A DNA stretch of 64,000 nucleotides, from the NCBI GenBank assembly GCA_017403825.1, contig JAFRDO010000065.1:6438-70437 (forward strand), read 5' to 3'. The notes under the pieces were generated by a model. It did not search any database and was not told the origin of the DNA. It saw only the letters and a list, made by a program, of their open reading frames with translations. Source of the stretch: Kiritimatiellia bacterium (GTDB lineage: Bacteria > Verrucomicrobiota > Kiritimatiellia > RFP12 > UBA1067). A program made the translations under genes and the position numbers. Shown one piece after another: positions 51,509 to 60,443 of the stretch (positions within the stretch are counted from its first letter, which is position 1; every line of letters starts with the position of its first letter).

Positions 51509-53941
51509 CTACCAAATCGACAGGATGAATCCTCTCTTGATTCTCGGCACGATCCATCCGTACTCGTCCACCGAGACGCCGCGCTCGCCGTAGAATATGT
51601 TTCCAAGTTCGCTGCGGGACGGCTGGTTCACTACCCGGATCTGCCCGCCGGCTTCACTAAGTTCGTTAGTGATCGTCAGCGTGGCATTCGCCAGATTCTC
51701 AATCGAATCCACCACGAGCGTGGAGTTCGTCGGCACGTCCAACACACCCGCTGTCGTAAGCGACACCTTCCCGATCGCATTGGAGACGCCGTCCGCAAGC
51801 GCAAGCCCGCCGCCGAACAAAAGCGAGATGTTCTGCGATGCGTTCATCGTCCCCGTCCGCCCGAGTTTTAAGAATCCGCCGGAGACGAGCGTGGGGCCGA
51901 CGCAGCTGTACGTGCCGTTCATGAGCCATGTGCCGCTTCCGCGTTTGAGGACTGTGACATTCGTGTATGCCTCATTCAGAGGCGTGAGGATGTTGCCGGT
52001 GAACGTGAAATCCACGCCGCCGTCACCCGTCACGTCCTCGACGTCCACCGTGAACGTCCTGGGTTTGGGATTCTGCTCTGTAGAGGAGTTGTCGCCGTAG
52101 AGGTAGAGCGGGCTTGCCGAGGCGGAGCACGGAGTCGAACCGTAGACGTACCAGTTCCCCGCATGAAGCTTGCCGCAGTACACCTGGGCCGCATTGACGG
52201 TGGCGCCGTCGCAAAGCCAGAGATGGTTGAGGTAGCCGACGAAGCCGGAGCCTCCGACAGACCCGAACTCCACCGCACCGCCATCGTTCCATATTGAAAA
52301 CATGTAGCCAATGGAGTACCTCGCCGTCTGGCGGAGCGTGCCGCCCGGCTTGATGCAGAGCGCGCAGGTGTTGGACCCATAGTTGTACGACTGCTCGGTC
52401 ATGTTGAAGTTGAAGAGGACGGACGAGCCGTTTCCGGCGACAATCGACCCCATGCACGGAAGCGCGAACTTGCTGTCCAGCGACAGCGTGACGTCGCCGT
52501 ACGCCCTGTATTCGCCGCTGTCCATCGTGTTGACGCCGGAAAGCGCCGCCGCCGCCAACTCGATCGGCTCCGAGAACTCAAGTTCCACATCATAGACATA
52601 GACTGCAGCGCCGTTCGCGCTGTCGGTTGTAGATGCCGTCACCCTCTGCTGACTCCCGACCAATTCCGACCCTTGCGTCCCGGTGCCCTGCCTTGCTTCG
52701 GCGTACTTCACAAAAATGTCGTCTCCGACCTGAGTAAACTCGAGCGTGGCGCACCGCATGAAATTGGCGCCTGTCGATTTGTCAAGGCCCTGAATCTGCC
52801 AGCGTTGCGTCGTGGCCGTGGAAGAGAGGAGAACATACCCGTTCCCGTTGTTGGCAATCGGCAGCACGCCTTTGCTGTAGCATCCGACGACGGCCTTTAC
52901 GTTCGTTACGTTGGAAAGCCTCGCGTTTGTCTTGAACACCATGGAGGTCGTGTGATACTCCGTGTCCATGTCGGCCGCCGTGTAGAAGAAGCCGTCCCGC
53001 TTATATGAATAGACCGGGTCGTTCTCGAAAACGACGTCGCCCGCCCCGGAAACGGCGCTGGCGACGGAGATCCCGCAGGAATTGCGCAGTTCAACAGTGG
53101 AGCCGGCCCCCACGTTCAGACCGTTTGCGAACGTTCCCGCCACGGCGGCCCGACCGGCGTCTATCGCGACGAATGCGCCGTCCGCCGCCGAAACGGAACC
53201 TGAGAGCGCGCCGGCGAAGATGACCTTGGCGGCGTCATGCCCAGCCGTGATCTCCACGGTCAGGTTGTCCACGGTTCCTTCGACCGCAGTGCCGACGTCC
53301 GTGAAATCTCTCCTGCCGCGATAGTCACCGTAATCCGTGCCGTTCGTCTTCGTCCAGGCGACGGAGCCGTAGATGTCTGCACCGTTCTGCACGAGCACGA
53401 GCTTGGCGGACTGCGTCTGCCCGGCGTTGTAGCTGGTGACAAAACACTGCGACTGCATCTGCACTTCCAGCCGCCCGGCCTCGCGCACGATGAAATACGG
53501 CCTTGCTACGCCGGCAAGTTCTCCGCTGAAGCGCGATGCGACGGGAGTGACGGCGTCGAGCGAAAGGTTCTCGAACATCAATGCGCCGGGATTGCCGTCT
53601 TGGTACGCCGGAAGCGCAGCGCCGCTGTAGGTGAACTGCTGCCCCGTGCGCGAACAGGTCAGCCATGCGCCGGCGACATCGTTGGAGAACACGAGCGTTC
53701 CCGAGGCCGCCATTGTCACCGTTGCACCGGCGGCAAAGGCGATCGCATCGCCTGTGACGGTCAGGGTTTCACCGTTCGCCGGCGTGGCGACGAGCGTCTT
53801 CACGGCTCCGTTCTCGTATGTGAACGCAAGGGGACCAAGCGACGATGGAGTTGTGCCGGATGTCCAGACATAAGTTTCATCCGCCGTACAGACGGAACAT
53901 ATGGCGAACGCTGCCAACATCGTTTTGATTTTCCTGTTCAT
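51509..53941 (-). CDS. PATR-repeat large secreted protein; the C-terminus ends ...DEYGWIVPRIKRGFILSIW
   Basis: ATG at 53941. Signal peptide MNRKIKTMLAAFAICSVCTA. Repetitive beta-strand composition (G/T/S/A/V-rich). Confidence 0.7.
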   Translation of the reverse strand: MNRKIKTMLAAFAICSVCTADETYVWTSGTTPSSLGPLAFTYENGAVKTLVATPANGETLTVTGDAIAFAAGATVTMAASGTLVFSNDVAGAWLTCSRTGQQFTYSGAALPAYQDGNPGALMFENLSLDAVTPVASRFSGELAGVARPYFIVREAGRLEVQMQSQCFVTSYNAGQTQSAKLVLVQNGADIYGSVAWTKTNGTDYGDYRGRRDFTDVGTAVEGTVDNLTVEITAGHDAAKVIFAGALSGSVSAADGAFVAIDAGRAAVAGTFANGLNVGAGSTVELRNSCGISVASAVSGAGDVVFENDPVYSYKRDGFFYTAADMDTEYHTTSMVFKTNARLSNVTNVKAVVGCYSKGVLPIANNGNGYVLLSSTATTQRWQIQGLDKSTGANFMRCATLEFTQVGDDIFVKYAEARQGTGTQGSELVGSQQRVTASTTDSANGAAVYVYDVELEFSEPIELAAAALSGVNTMDSGEYRAYGDVTLSLDSKFALPCMGSIVAGNGSSVLFNFNMTEQSYNYGSNTCALCIKPGGTLRQTARYSIGYMFSIWNDGGAVEFGSVGGSGFVGYLNHLWLCDGATVNAAQVYCGKLHAGNWYVYGSTPCSASASPLYLYGDNSSTEQNPKPRTFTVDVEDVTGDGGVDFTFTGNILTPLNEAYTNVTVLKRGSGTWLMNGTYSCVGPTLVSGGFLKLGRTGTMNASQNISLLFGGGLALADGVSNAIGKVSLTTAGVLDVPTNSTLVVDSIENLANATLTITNELSEAGGQIRVVNQPSRSELGNIFYGERGVSVDEYGWIVPRIKRGFILSIW

Positions 53942-53957
53942 GACCGTTCTCCTTTCT

Positions 53958-55016
53958 TTACAATTTCATCGCGGCGGCGAGCTGGTCGATGCCAGCGCAG
54001 TTGAAGCGGCACGTCGCTTCGCCCTGCGTGTCGGCCCATGACGCCATCATGAACCCCAGGAGCCTCTCCGGGGCAATGTGCTTGCGGCAGAACTCGACCA
54101 TCTTCCGCGAGTTCTCCGAGTTGTTCTTGAGCCCCGCCTTCTTCGCACGCTCGGAAATCCAGTTTGTGACGCACGGCAGCTGGTCGAAACCCGCCTTCTC
54201 CAAGTCGATGTACAGCTGGAGCTGCGGCTTGAACTCGGGCGCCATGTTCTCGATCACGTAGCCCTGCGCGTCCTGGTTGTAGTACCAATTCTGCTGAACT
54301 GTGCTTTTGGGCATCTTCTTCACGTATTCGGGATGCTTCCACCCGTAGTCGGCGCTCACGATGGCCCGCATGCCCAGCTTCTCGACGGCATTCACGAACC
54401 AGTAGAGGTCATGCCACCACATCTCATGCTGACGGATCATGACTACGCCACGCCCGCTCTGCAGTTTGTAGCACTCCTCGTCAAAGCCGATGTGGATCAT
54501 GCACGGCGTCTCAAATATCTCGGCGACGTCCTTCAGAATGTCGGAGCAAACGTTATAGTAGATCCGCGTGGAAAGCATGCGGTGATATTCCTGCAGCCAG
54601 CAGTCGTGCGTAGCCGAGAAGTTGAGACTCGGGATCGGCTCAAGCCCCATCTTCTTCAGCCGCTTTACCTCCGCCGCCATGCGCTCCGCCTTCCAGCTGC
54701 CCTTCACCGCCAGTTCGGGATGGCTCGGATATTCCAGGAACTCGCCAAGATCCATCACGACCATGTTCAGCCCCTTCGCCTTGGCGTGGTCGACGGTCTT
54801 CCGCCAGATGTCTTCGCTGAAGAATATCTCGTCTTTCGCGTACCGGCGGCCGGGGGCGACCGGCTCGCCGGGCGCATGCCAGTCGCCCCACATGTTCATG
54901 CCCATGTGCAGCATCACGGCGCGGACAGCCTCTGGAGATGCGGCGAACGATGGACTCACCGCAAGCCCGGCAGAGCCAATCATCGCCTCCTTGATGAATG
55001 TTCGCCTCGTCTGCAT
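53958..55016 (-). CDS. Tat-signal secreted TIM-barrel hydrolase-like protein (paralog of 40523..41566)
   Basis: ATG at 55016 lies 9 nt after GAAGGAGG. MQTRRTFIKEAMIGSAGLAVSPSFAASPEA is a canonical RRxF(I)K Tat signal. Its RBS overlaps the stop of the upstream activase gene. Confidence 0.65.
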   Translation of the reverse strand: MQTRRTFIKEAMIGSAGLAVSPSFAASPEAVRAVMLHMGMNMWGDWHAPGEPVAPGRRYAKDEIFFSEDIWRKTVDHAKAKGLNMVVMDLGEFLEYPSHPELAVKGSWKAERMAAEVKRLKKMGLEPIPSLNFSATHDCWLQEYHRMLSTRIYYNVCSDILKDVAEIFETPCMIHIGFDEECYKLQSGRGVVMIRQHEMWWHDLYWFVNAVEKLGMRAIVSADYGWKHPEYVKKMPKSTVQQNWYYNQDAQGYVIENMAPEFKPQLQLYIDLEKAGFDQLPCVTNWISERAKKAGLKNNSENSRKMVEFCRKHIAPERLLGFMMASWADTQGEATCRFNCAGIDQLAAAMKL

Positions 55017-55021
55017 TCCCA

Positions 55022-55879
55022 TCAACCTCCTTCGTTTTCCCTTTTCGGCGGCATCGTATCCTTCATGCCGAGCGCAAGGTACTTCGAGCGGGCGTAGTCG
55101 TAGTACTCAAGGTTGACGATCGACGACTCAGGGATGCCGATGGAATCGAGGTAGCGGTGGCGGGCGACGATGTCGTCGCCGTCCGTGCAGCCGGGAACCA
55201 CAAGGCACCGGACCTCCAGCTTCGCCTTAGCCGCCACGAGCCGTTCGAGGTTCTTCTTTATGGCACCGTTCGAGACGCCGGTGTACTTCACGTGAAGCGC
55301 ATCGTCGTCCGCCTTGTAGTCGGGAAGCCACAGATCCGTCACCGGCAGGAGCGCGTCTATCGCGGCGGGCGGAGCGTAGAGCGACGTGTCGAGGCAGGTG
55401 TGGAGCCCAGCCTTCTTGAACGCCGCGAACAGCTCAGCCGCCCATTCCCAGAAGAAGAGCGGCTCGCCGCCGGACAGCGTCACGCCGCCGCCGGACTCGT
55501 CGTAGAACGCCTTGTCCTCAAGCGCCTTGGCCACGATTTCATCAATCGTCATCGGCTTGCCGTAGAACTTCAGCGCGCGCGTGGGACACGTTGCCTCGTC
55601 CATCGTGCATTTAGCGCAATTCCTGCAGAGATGCCGGAAGCGCGCAGTCTGCGGCTTCACGTCGATGGACTCCGGGTTGTGGCACCAGATGCACTTCAAG
55701 GGGCATCCTTTCACAAAGAACGTCGTGCGGATTCCCGGCCCGTCATGGATAGCCATCCGCTTCGTGTCCAGCATCAGCGGCGTCTTTGCGGCGCGGCCGG
55801 CAGCGGACGCGACAGTCAGCGGCCCACAGGCCGCATACGCGGCGGAGACAGCGATGAACTCTTTGCGTGTCATCTTCAT
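55022..55879 (-). CDS. Glycyl-radical-enzyme activating enzyme (radical SAM, PflA-like) with an unusual ~40-aa Tat-signal-like N-terminal extension
   Basis: The core 'MAIHDGPGIRTTFFVKGCPLKCIWCHNPE' aligns to E. coli PflA '[26 protein letters not shown]' and contains the CxxxCxxC cluster. 'GVTLSGGEPL' is the SAM motif. Upstream and in frame, MKMTRKEFIAVSAAYAACGPLTVASAAGRAA is preceded by GGGAGGT and then 10 nt before the ATG at 55879. An alternative core start is the ATG at 55756 (MAIHDG...). Confidence 0.7.
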   Translation of the reverse strand: MKMTRKEFIAVSAAYAACGPLTVASAAGRAAKTPLMLDTKRMAIHDGPGIRTTFFVKGCPLKCIWCHNPESIDVKPQTARFRHLCRNCAKCTMDEATCPTRALKFYGKPMTIDEIVAKALEDKAFYDESGGGVTLSGGEPLFFWEWAAELFAAFKKAGLHTCLDTSLYAPPAAIDALLPVTDLWLPDYKADDDALHVKYTGVSNGAIKKNLERLVAAKAKLEVRCLVVPGCTDGDDIVARHRYLDSIGIPESSIVNLEYYDYARSKYLALGMKDTMPPKRENEGG

Positions 55880-55897
55880 GGACGCCGCGACCTCCCG

Positions 55898-57421
55898 TCA
55901 ATTCTCTCCGAACAGTCCGTTGATGTCTTCAACCGCCGCATCGCAGAGCTTGAACGCGCCCTCGTGGCCGATCTGGCCGTTGTTCACGCCGCCGCCGTAG
56001 CCGCGCGCCTCCTCGGCGGCGGGCGTCGGCACGTAGCCGTATGTGCCGCCGCACTGCTCCACCACGAACGTCTGCTTCGCCCGGCTCCGCGCCTTGATCG
56101 ACTGGCCGTAGGCGAGGTACAGCTCGAACGGACACGTCGCGAACGCAACGTCGCCGATGCGGCAGACGTGCATTTCGAACGTGAGGTCCGGCTGCTCGAC
56201 CTGATCCTTGCCCCGCCGCACGATGGCCTTGTTGATCTCGCGGCTGATGAAATCCATCTCCTTGTCGTCGTACGGGCCAGGGCCGCCAGTCGCCTCGTTC
56301 TTGTGGACGACGGCAAGGAACTCGTCCCATGTCTCCTTGTCCGTCTTGGTCTTCCGCGCTTCCGCGAGCGCCTTCTCCGCCGCCGCCACCTGCGTCGCAG
56401 TCACCTTCCGGCGCGGCACGGTCACGGACAGCTTCTCGTGCTTAAGCACGGGCATCGTCTCCACAGCGCGCGGCTTCGCCTCCGTGATGCACTTAACGAG
56501 CCTGTCCGAAAGGAGCGCACATGATGCCGCGTTCCAGCCGTGGAAGCCGTCGCGGTAGCCGCGCACGAGGTCACGCGGACTCTGGCAGCCCGCCGCGCCG
56601 ATCTGGTAGATCATGTGGAAGTTCTCGCCGTATGTCTTCTTCAGCTTCTCGCGCGTCTCGCCCGCGATGTCGCTCGAAACCTGATACGTCGCCTCCATAA
56701 CCTGCGCCGGACACGCCACGTTGACGAAAAGCCCTGTGTAACGCCCCTGCGCATCAACGGTGAACAGCATCTCCACGCCGTCGTCTTCGCTCTCCAGCAT
56801 TCTCACGAAATCGGGGCGCGTCGTGTCGCCGTACATCTGCGCTGAGCCGTCGGCGTACAGCGCGAGTCGGCAGTGCCCGATGCGCGCCGAGCCAAGCGCT
56901 CGCCGCACGCCGCCGGGCTTGCGTCCGCGCCATGCCTCCGCGAACGCCGCCGCCGCACGTTCCAGCGCGAAGTCGGCATATTCATTCGGCCCCCATACGT
57001 CGGGCTGTTTCCGCTCCATCTCCGCGCCCTTCGGCGTGCCGGAATGGCGGATCGCCGGCGCGCAGTGCGTATGGATGCAGTTGATGAAGATATGCTCAGG
57101 CGCGACCTCCGGCACGAGTTCGTGCACGCGGGCCCGCACGCGGTCCTGCCACGGCCCCCACACGCATTCGTTGTCGATAGTGCCCATCAGAAAGTAGTCT
57201 CCGCCACGCTGAACCGCCGCCGCCACGAACTTGAGCCGCGTGTGAATCGGATTCTTCGTATCCGCAAGCCTTTGATAGTACTGGCCGTCAAGCGGCACGC
57301 GCTTCGTCAAGGGCGGCGTAACGTCCACCTCCGCCCAGCCGATGTTCAGCGTATCGGATGCCGGCAACGACAGGGTCGCAACCGCAAACACGGAACATAA
57401 ATAATGATTCATTAACTTCAT
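55898..57421 (-). CDS. Secreted neutral/alkaline ceramidase-family-like protein
   Basis: ATG at 57421 with AAGGAGG upstream. Signal peptide MKLMNHYLCSVFAVATLSLPA. The N-domain 'IGWAEVDVTPP...IHTRLKFVAAAV..GGDYFLMGTID' matches the ceramidase_alk pattern (IG.g.aDiTgp...GiHtRL.aRAf......vfvs.D). Confidence 0.45.
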   Translation of the reverse strand: MKLMNHYLCSVFAVATLSLPASDTLNIGWAEVDVTPPLTKRVPLDGQYYQRLADTKNPIHTRLKFVAAAVQRGGDYFLMGTIDNECVWGPWQDRVRARVHELVPEVAPEHIFINCIHTHCAPAIRHSGTPKGAEMERKQPDVWGPNEYADFALERAAAAFAEAWRGRKPGGVRRALGSARIGHCRLALYADGSAQMYGDTTRPDFVRMLESEDDGVEMLFTVDAQGRYTGLFVNVACPAQVMEATYQVSSDIAGETREKLKKTYGENFHMIYQIGAAGCQSPRDLVRGYRDGFHGWNAASCALLSDRLVKCITEAKPRAVETMPVLKHEKLSVTVPRRKVTATQVAAAEKALAEARKTKTDKETWDEFLAVVHKNEATGGPGPYDDKEMDFISREINKAIVRRGKDQVEQPDLTFEMHVCRIGDVAFATCPFELYLAYGQSIKARSRAKQTFVVEQCGGTYGYVPTPAAEEARGYGGGVNNGQIGHEGAFKLCDAAVEDINGLFGEN

Positions 57422-57483
57422 GTTTCACCTCCTTCGGTCGGCCAGCGTGCGAAGCGAAGCCTCCCGATTTCCTTTACATAACG

Positions 57484-60432
57484 CTACGGACAACGCACAA
57501 ACTCCGCCTTGTCGATGTAGACGCCGTTGACGGACGACTTGCCGTCGTCGCCGAACGTGCCGGGCGCGATCCACAGGATTTCGCCGATGCGCGGCGTCCA
57601 GGTCAGAATGTCGTACCAGGCGTACTCGTTGGGCGTCTGGCTCGTCTTGAAGTTCGCGCTGCCAGGCGACTTGCGGTCGTCGGTGCTGTAGACGCCCGCG
57701 CTGAACGCCATGCCGTCGCGACGGCTGTCGACGCGCACCCTGAGGCGCAGCTTGTATTTTGCGCCCGGCTCGAACGCGATGCGCGAGATCGGGAACTGCA
57801 CGCACCACGTGTAATGCGTGTTGAAGAGCTTGAGAGCCTTGCCGTCGTCGGCCTTCGGGTCGTCCACGAACTCGCCCCACGTGCCGGGGTTCATGATGCC
57901 GATGAACCGCTCCTCAAGCTCGCCCCTGTCGGCGCACGGCGGACGCGAAAACGCCTTGGCCACGTCGCGCCAGCACTGCTTGACGTTCTGGCGCGGCGAC
58001 TCCGCTATCCGTATGTCCTTGGCCTCGTCCAACCGCGCGACAAGCGAGCGGGCGAGAGCTCGGGTCTCTTCCGAAGACAATATGCCGGCCTCGCTGCGCG
58101 AAAGGTTCAGCAGCTTGCAGCCGCGCTCCATGCGCACGTAATCGACCGAAAACGCGCCCATGCGCACGTTGTAGGAGGTCGCCGGATCGTCCTTCACGGC
58201 ATCCTCGGCCTTGCGCCACATCTCCGCCGCCTCGGCAAGGAATTCATCGGTTAGAGAGGGAATCGCCTCGCTGTCGAACACGCGGAGCGGACGTTCGGGC
58301 GAACTGGAATACTCGCGCTGAATGCGGTGCAGCTTCTCGAAGTACGCGCGCACGAACGGCGCGCCCTTGCCGTAGTAGCCCGCGAAGAACTCGTCCAGGA
58401 GCGGCTTCATCGGCAGGTCGGGGTTCCACATCCATTTAGCGAGCAGCCACGTCTTCAACTCCCCGAAGTCGGCGTGACGCCCCTGCCACGCGCCAAGCGC
58501 GAACAGCGCCTTTACGTTGTTGCGGCGGAAGAACCGGAGGTTCCCCTGAAGCGAATAGACGTTCGCCCACGGCAGCGGATAGTGCGCGAAGTCCGTCGTG
58601 TAGTCCCAGACGAACAGGAAGTCAGTCTGCCGCCCCCAGTCCTCGATGTCCTTGCGAAACTCCACATTCTCCTTGTAGGGACTTTCGTCGATCGGCCGCG
58701 CGAAATCGCAGCTGATCGCACAGAGACACGGCACCACGTTGTGCCGGAGCTTCGTCTTCTTCGGCGCCTTCTGCGTGTAGGAATAGGCGAGCGTCTCAAT
58801 GAGCACATCGGGAAACTCCTTCTCCACCGCCTCGGCGACTGCGTTCACGAACCGCACGTTCGTTCCAGAGGGCGATCCTTCCTCGTCGTCCACCGCCTTG
58901 CACTTCGGACAGCGGCAATACATGCTGTTGTCCTCCTGGCTCACGCCGTAGAACTTCGCGCCGGGATCCTTGCGTATGCGGTCCAAGACATTCGAGGTGA
59001 CGATCCTAAGCACGTCTGGATTCGTGAGGCATGGCTGCGTCTTGCCCCGGACGCGCTTGCCGTCGATCATGCTGAAGTATTCCGGGTGCGAATCGAAGTA
59101 TTCCTTTTGCTGCAGAAGCGTGTCGAACGTGTGGCAGCTGCCCAGCCCGCCGCCGAAGCGGTAAGGGTTCCCGCCGTACTTCTCGTCGAGCGACTTCCAC
59201 GAACGGCTGTTCGCCCTGAGCCGAGCCGCGAACTCCGGGTGCTGGGTCACGTCGTACCAGTACGGCTCGCGCATCTCGAATGCCGGGGCCTGCGTTTCGT
59301 CCAGGTCGGCAGGAATCTCGATGCGGTCGAGGCGCGGCACGGTCGAATGCCACGACGCGTACCACCGGCAGCCAGCGAAGCGCTCCAGCACCTCATACGC
59401 GCCGTATAGCACGCCGCGACCGTTTTCGCCGATGATGCGCAACCGCTTGCCATCGGCTTTAAGGCGAAATCCGTCCACCCCTTTTGTCCCTGGCCCTACC
59501 TCCAGCACAATCGCCTTCTTCGGCATAGGCTCCGAGTCGGAGACGATCGGCAGCCGAACGCCCGTCGTCTTCTCGGTGAAGTCGCGCAGCTCCTCCGCCG
59601 CGTACTTCTGCGACGGCGACGCCTTCTTCGGAAGCACGATCGAATACTCCGCCGCCTTCCCGCGCTCGGCAATGGTTATCACTGGACGCGGAAAGATGTT
59701 CGTGACGGCACCGAGCCAAGCCTTAGCCATCTTTTTGTAGCCTATGTCATTGGGGTGCAGTCCATCGGCAAGGTTTTCAAACCCAACGACAGAATGCATG
59801 TCGAGGAAAAACGCCTTCTGTCCCTTCGACCGCTGCCGTTCCACGATTTGCGGGACGGCGGGGTTGAAGACATTGACGATGTCCGCATATTTCCAGTTGC
59901 CATCCGCCTTTGTCACGTCCGTGCGACGCGGTAAAAGCGTGGTCACCACCACGCAGGCGCGCGGGCTTCGCGCATGTATGCGGTCCAGCAGCCGGACAAG
60001 GCGGTTTGTCGCCTCGTTCACGAATACGTCCCGCCCCTTAAGCGACTCATTGGTGCCAAGATGCAACAGGACGCAATCGACCTCTCCGCACTTGTCGAAC
60101 ACCCCGTCAATCCGATCGATCATCCCCCCAATGGTGATGCCGCTGATTCCCTCGTGGTCGGGGTCGCCGAGCAACGGATCAAACCGACCATAGCTGTCCG
60201 TCTGCGTCCCGACGAAATCGACACGATAGCCAAGATTCGTCAGTGCGCACCAAAGAGGGGCGCGATACCCGTTGCCGGTGGAGGAATGCGAACCATGGGT
60301 GATGGAATCGCCAACGGGCATGATGCGAAGCGGCTTTTCCACTTGCAAGGCTGAGTCCCCAAGTACGATCAGAGCCGCAAGCCCAGCCGTCAGAACAACG
60401 CTGCCGTTCAGAAGTCCAGTTCTCGGGAACAT
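57484..60432 (-). CDS. Secreted multidomain protein: N-terminal SGNH/GDSL esterase + central DUF4838-like glycoside-hydrolase-related region + C-terminal beta-sandwich
   Basis: ATG at 60432 gives MFPRTGLLNGSVVLTAGLAALIVLG. The SGNH domain shows 'MPVGDSITHG ... DGLHPNDIGYKKMAKAW'. 'KYAAEELRDFTEKTTGVRLPIV' is the N-terminal signature of DUF4838/GH-like proteins. Confidence 0.6.
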   Translation of the reverse strand: MFPRTGLLNGSVVLTAGLAALIVLGDSALQVEKPLRIMPVGDSITHGSHSSTGNGYRAPLWCALTNLGYRVDFVGTQTDSYGRFDPLLGDPDHEGISGITIGGMIDRIDGVFDKCGEVDCVLLHLGTNESLKGRDVFVNEATNRLVRLLDRIHARSPRACVVVTTLLPRRTDVTKADGNWKYADIVNVFNPAVPQIVERQRSKGQKAFFLDMHSVVGFENLADGLHPNDIGYKKMAKAWLGAVTNIFPRPVITIAERGKAAEYSIVLPKKASPSQKYAAEELRDFTEKTTGVRLPIVSDSEPMPKKAIVLEVGPGTKGVDGFRLKADGKRLRIIGENGRGVLYGAYEVLERFAGCRWYASWHSTVPRLDRIEIPADLDETQAPAFEMREPYWYDVTQHPEFAARLRANSRSWKSLDEKYGGNPYRFGGGLGSCHTFDTLLQQKEYFDSHPEYFSMIDGKRVRGKTQPCLTNPDVLRIVTSNVLDRIRKDPGAKFYGVSQEDNSMYCRCPKCKAVDDEEGSPSGTNVRFVNAVAEAVEKEFPDVLIETLAYSYTQKAPKKTKLRHNVVPCLCAISCDFARPIDESPYKENVEFRKDIEDWGRQTDFLFVWDYTTDFAHYPLPWANVYSLQGNLRFFRRNNVKALFALGAWQGRHADFGELKTWLLAKWMWNPDLPMKPLLDEFFAGYYGKGAPFVRAYFEKLHRIQREYSSSPERPLRVFDSEAIPSLTDEFLAEAAEMWRKAEDAVKDDPATSYNVRMGAFSVDYVRMERGCKLLNLSRSEAGILSSEETRALARSLVARLDEAKDIRIAESPRQNVKQCWRDVAKAFSRPPCADRGELEERFIGIMNPGTWGEFVDDPKADDGKALKLFNTHYTWCVQFPISRIAFEPGAKYKLRLRVRVDSRRDGMAFSAGVYSTDDRKSPGSANFKTSQTPNEYAWYDILTWTPRIGEILWIAPGTFGDDGKSSVNGVYIDKAEFVRCP

Positions 60433-60443
60433 GTGTTCCCTCC

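Noticed and set aside
55756-55879. Treating the activase N-terminal extension as untranslated and calling the gene from the internal ATG only.
   Set aside because: I did not fully reject this. The RBS sits in front of the upstream ATG (55879), not the internal one, so the long form is reported, with the short form as the alternative.
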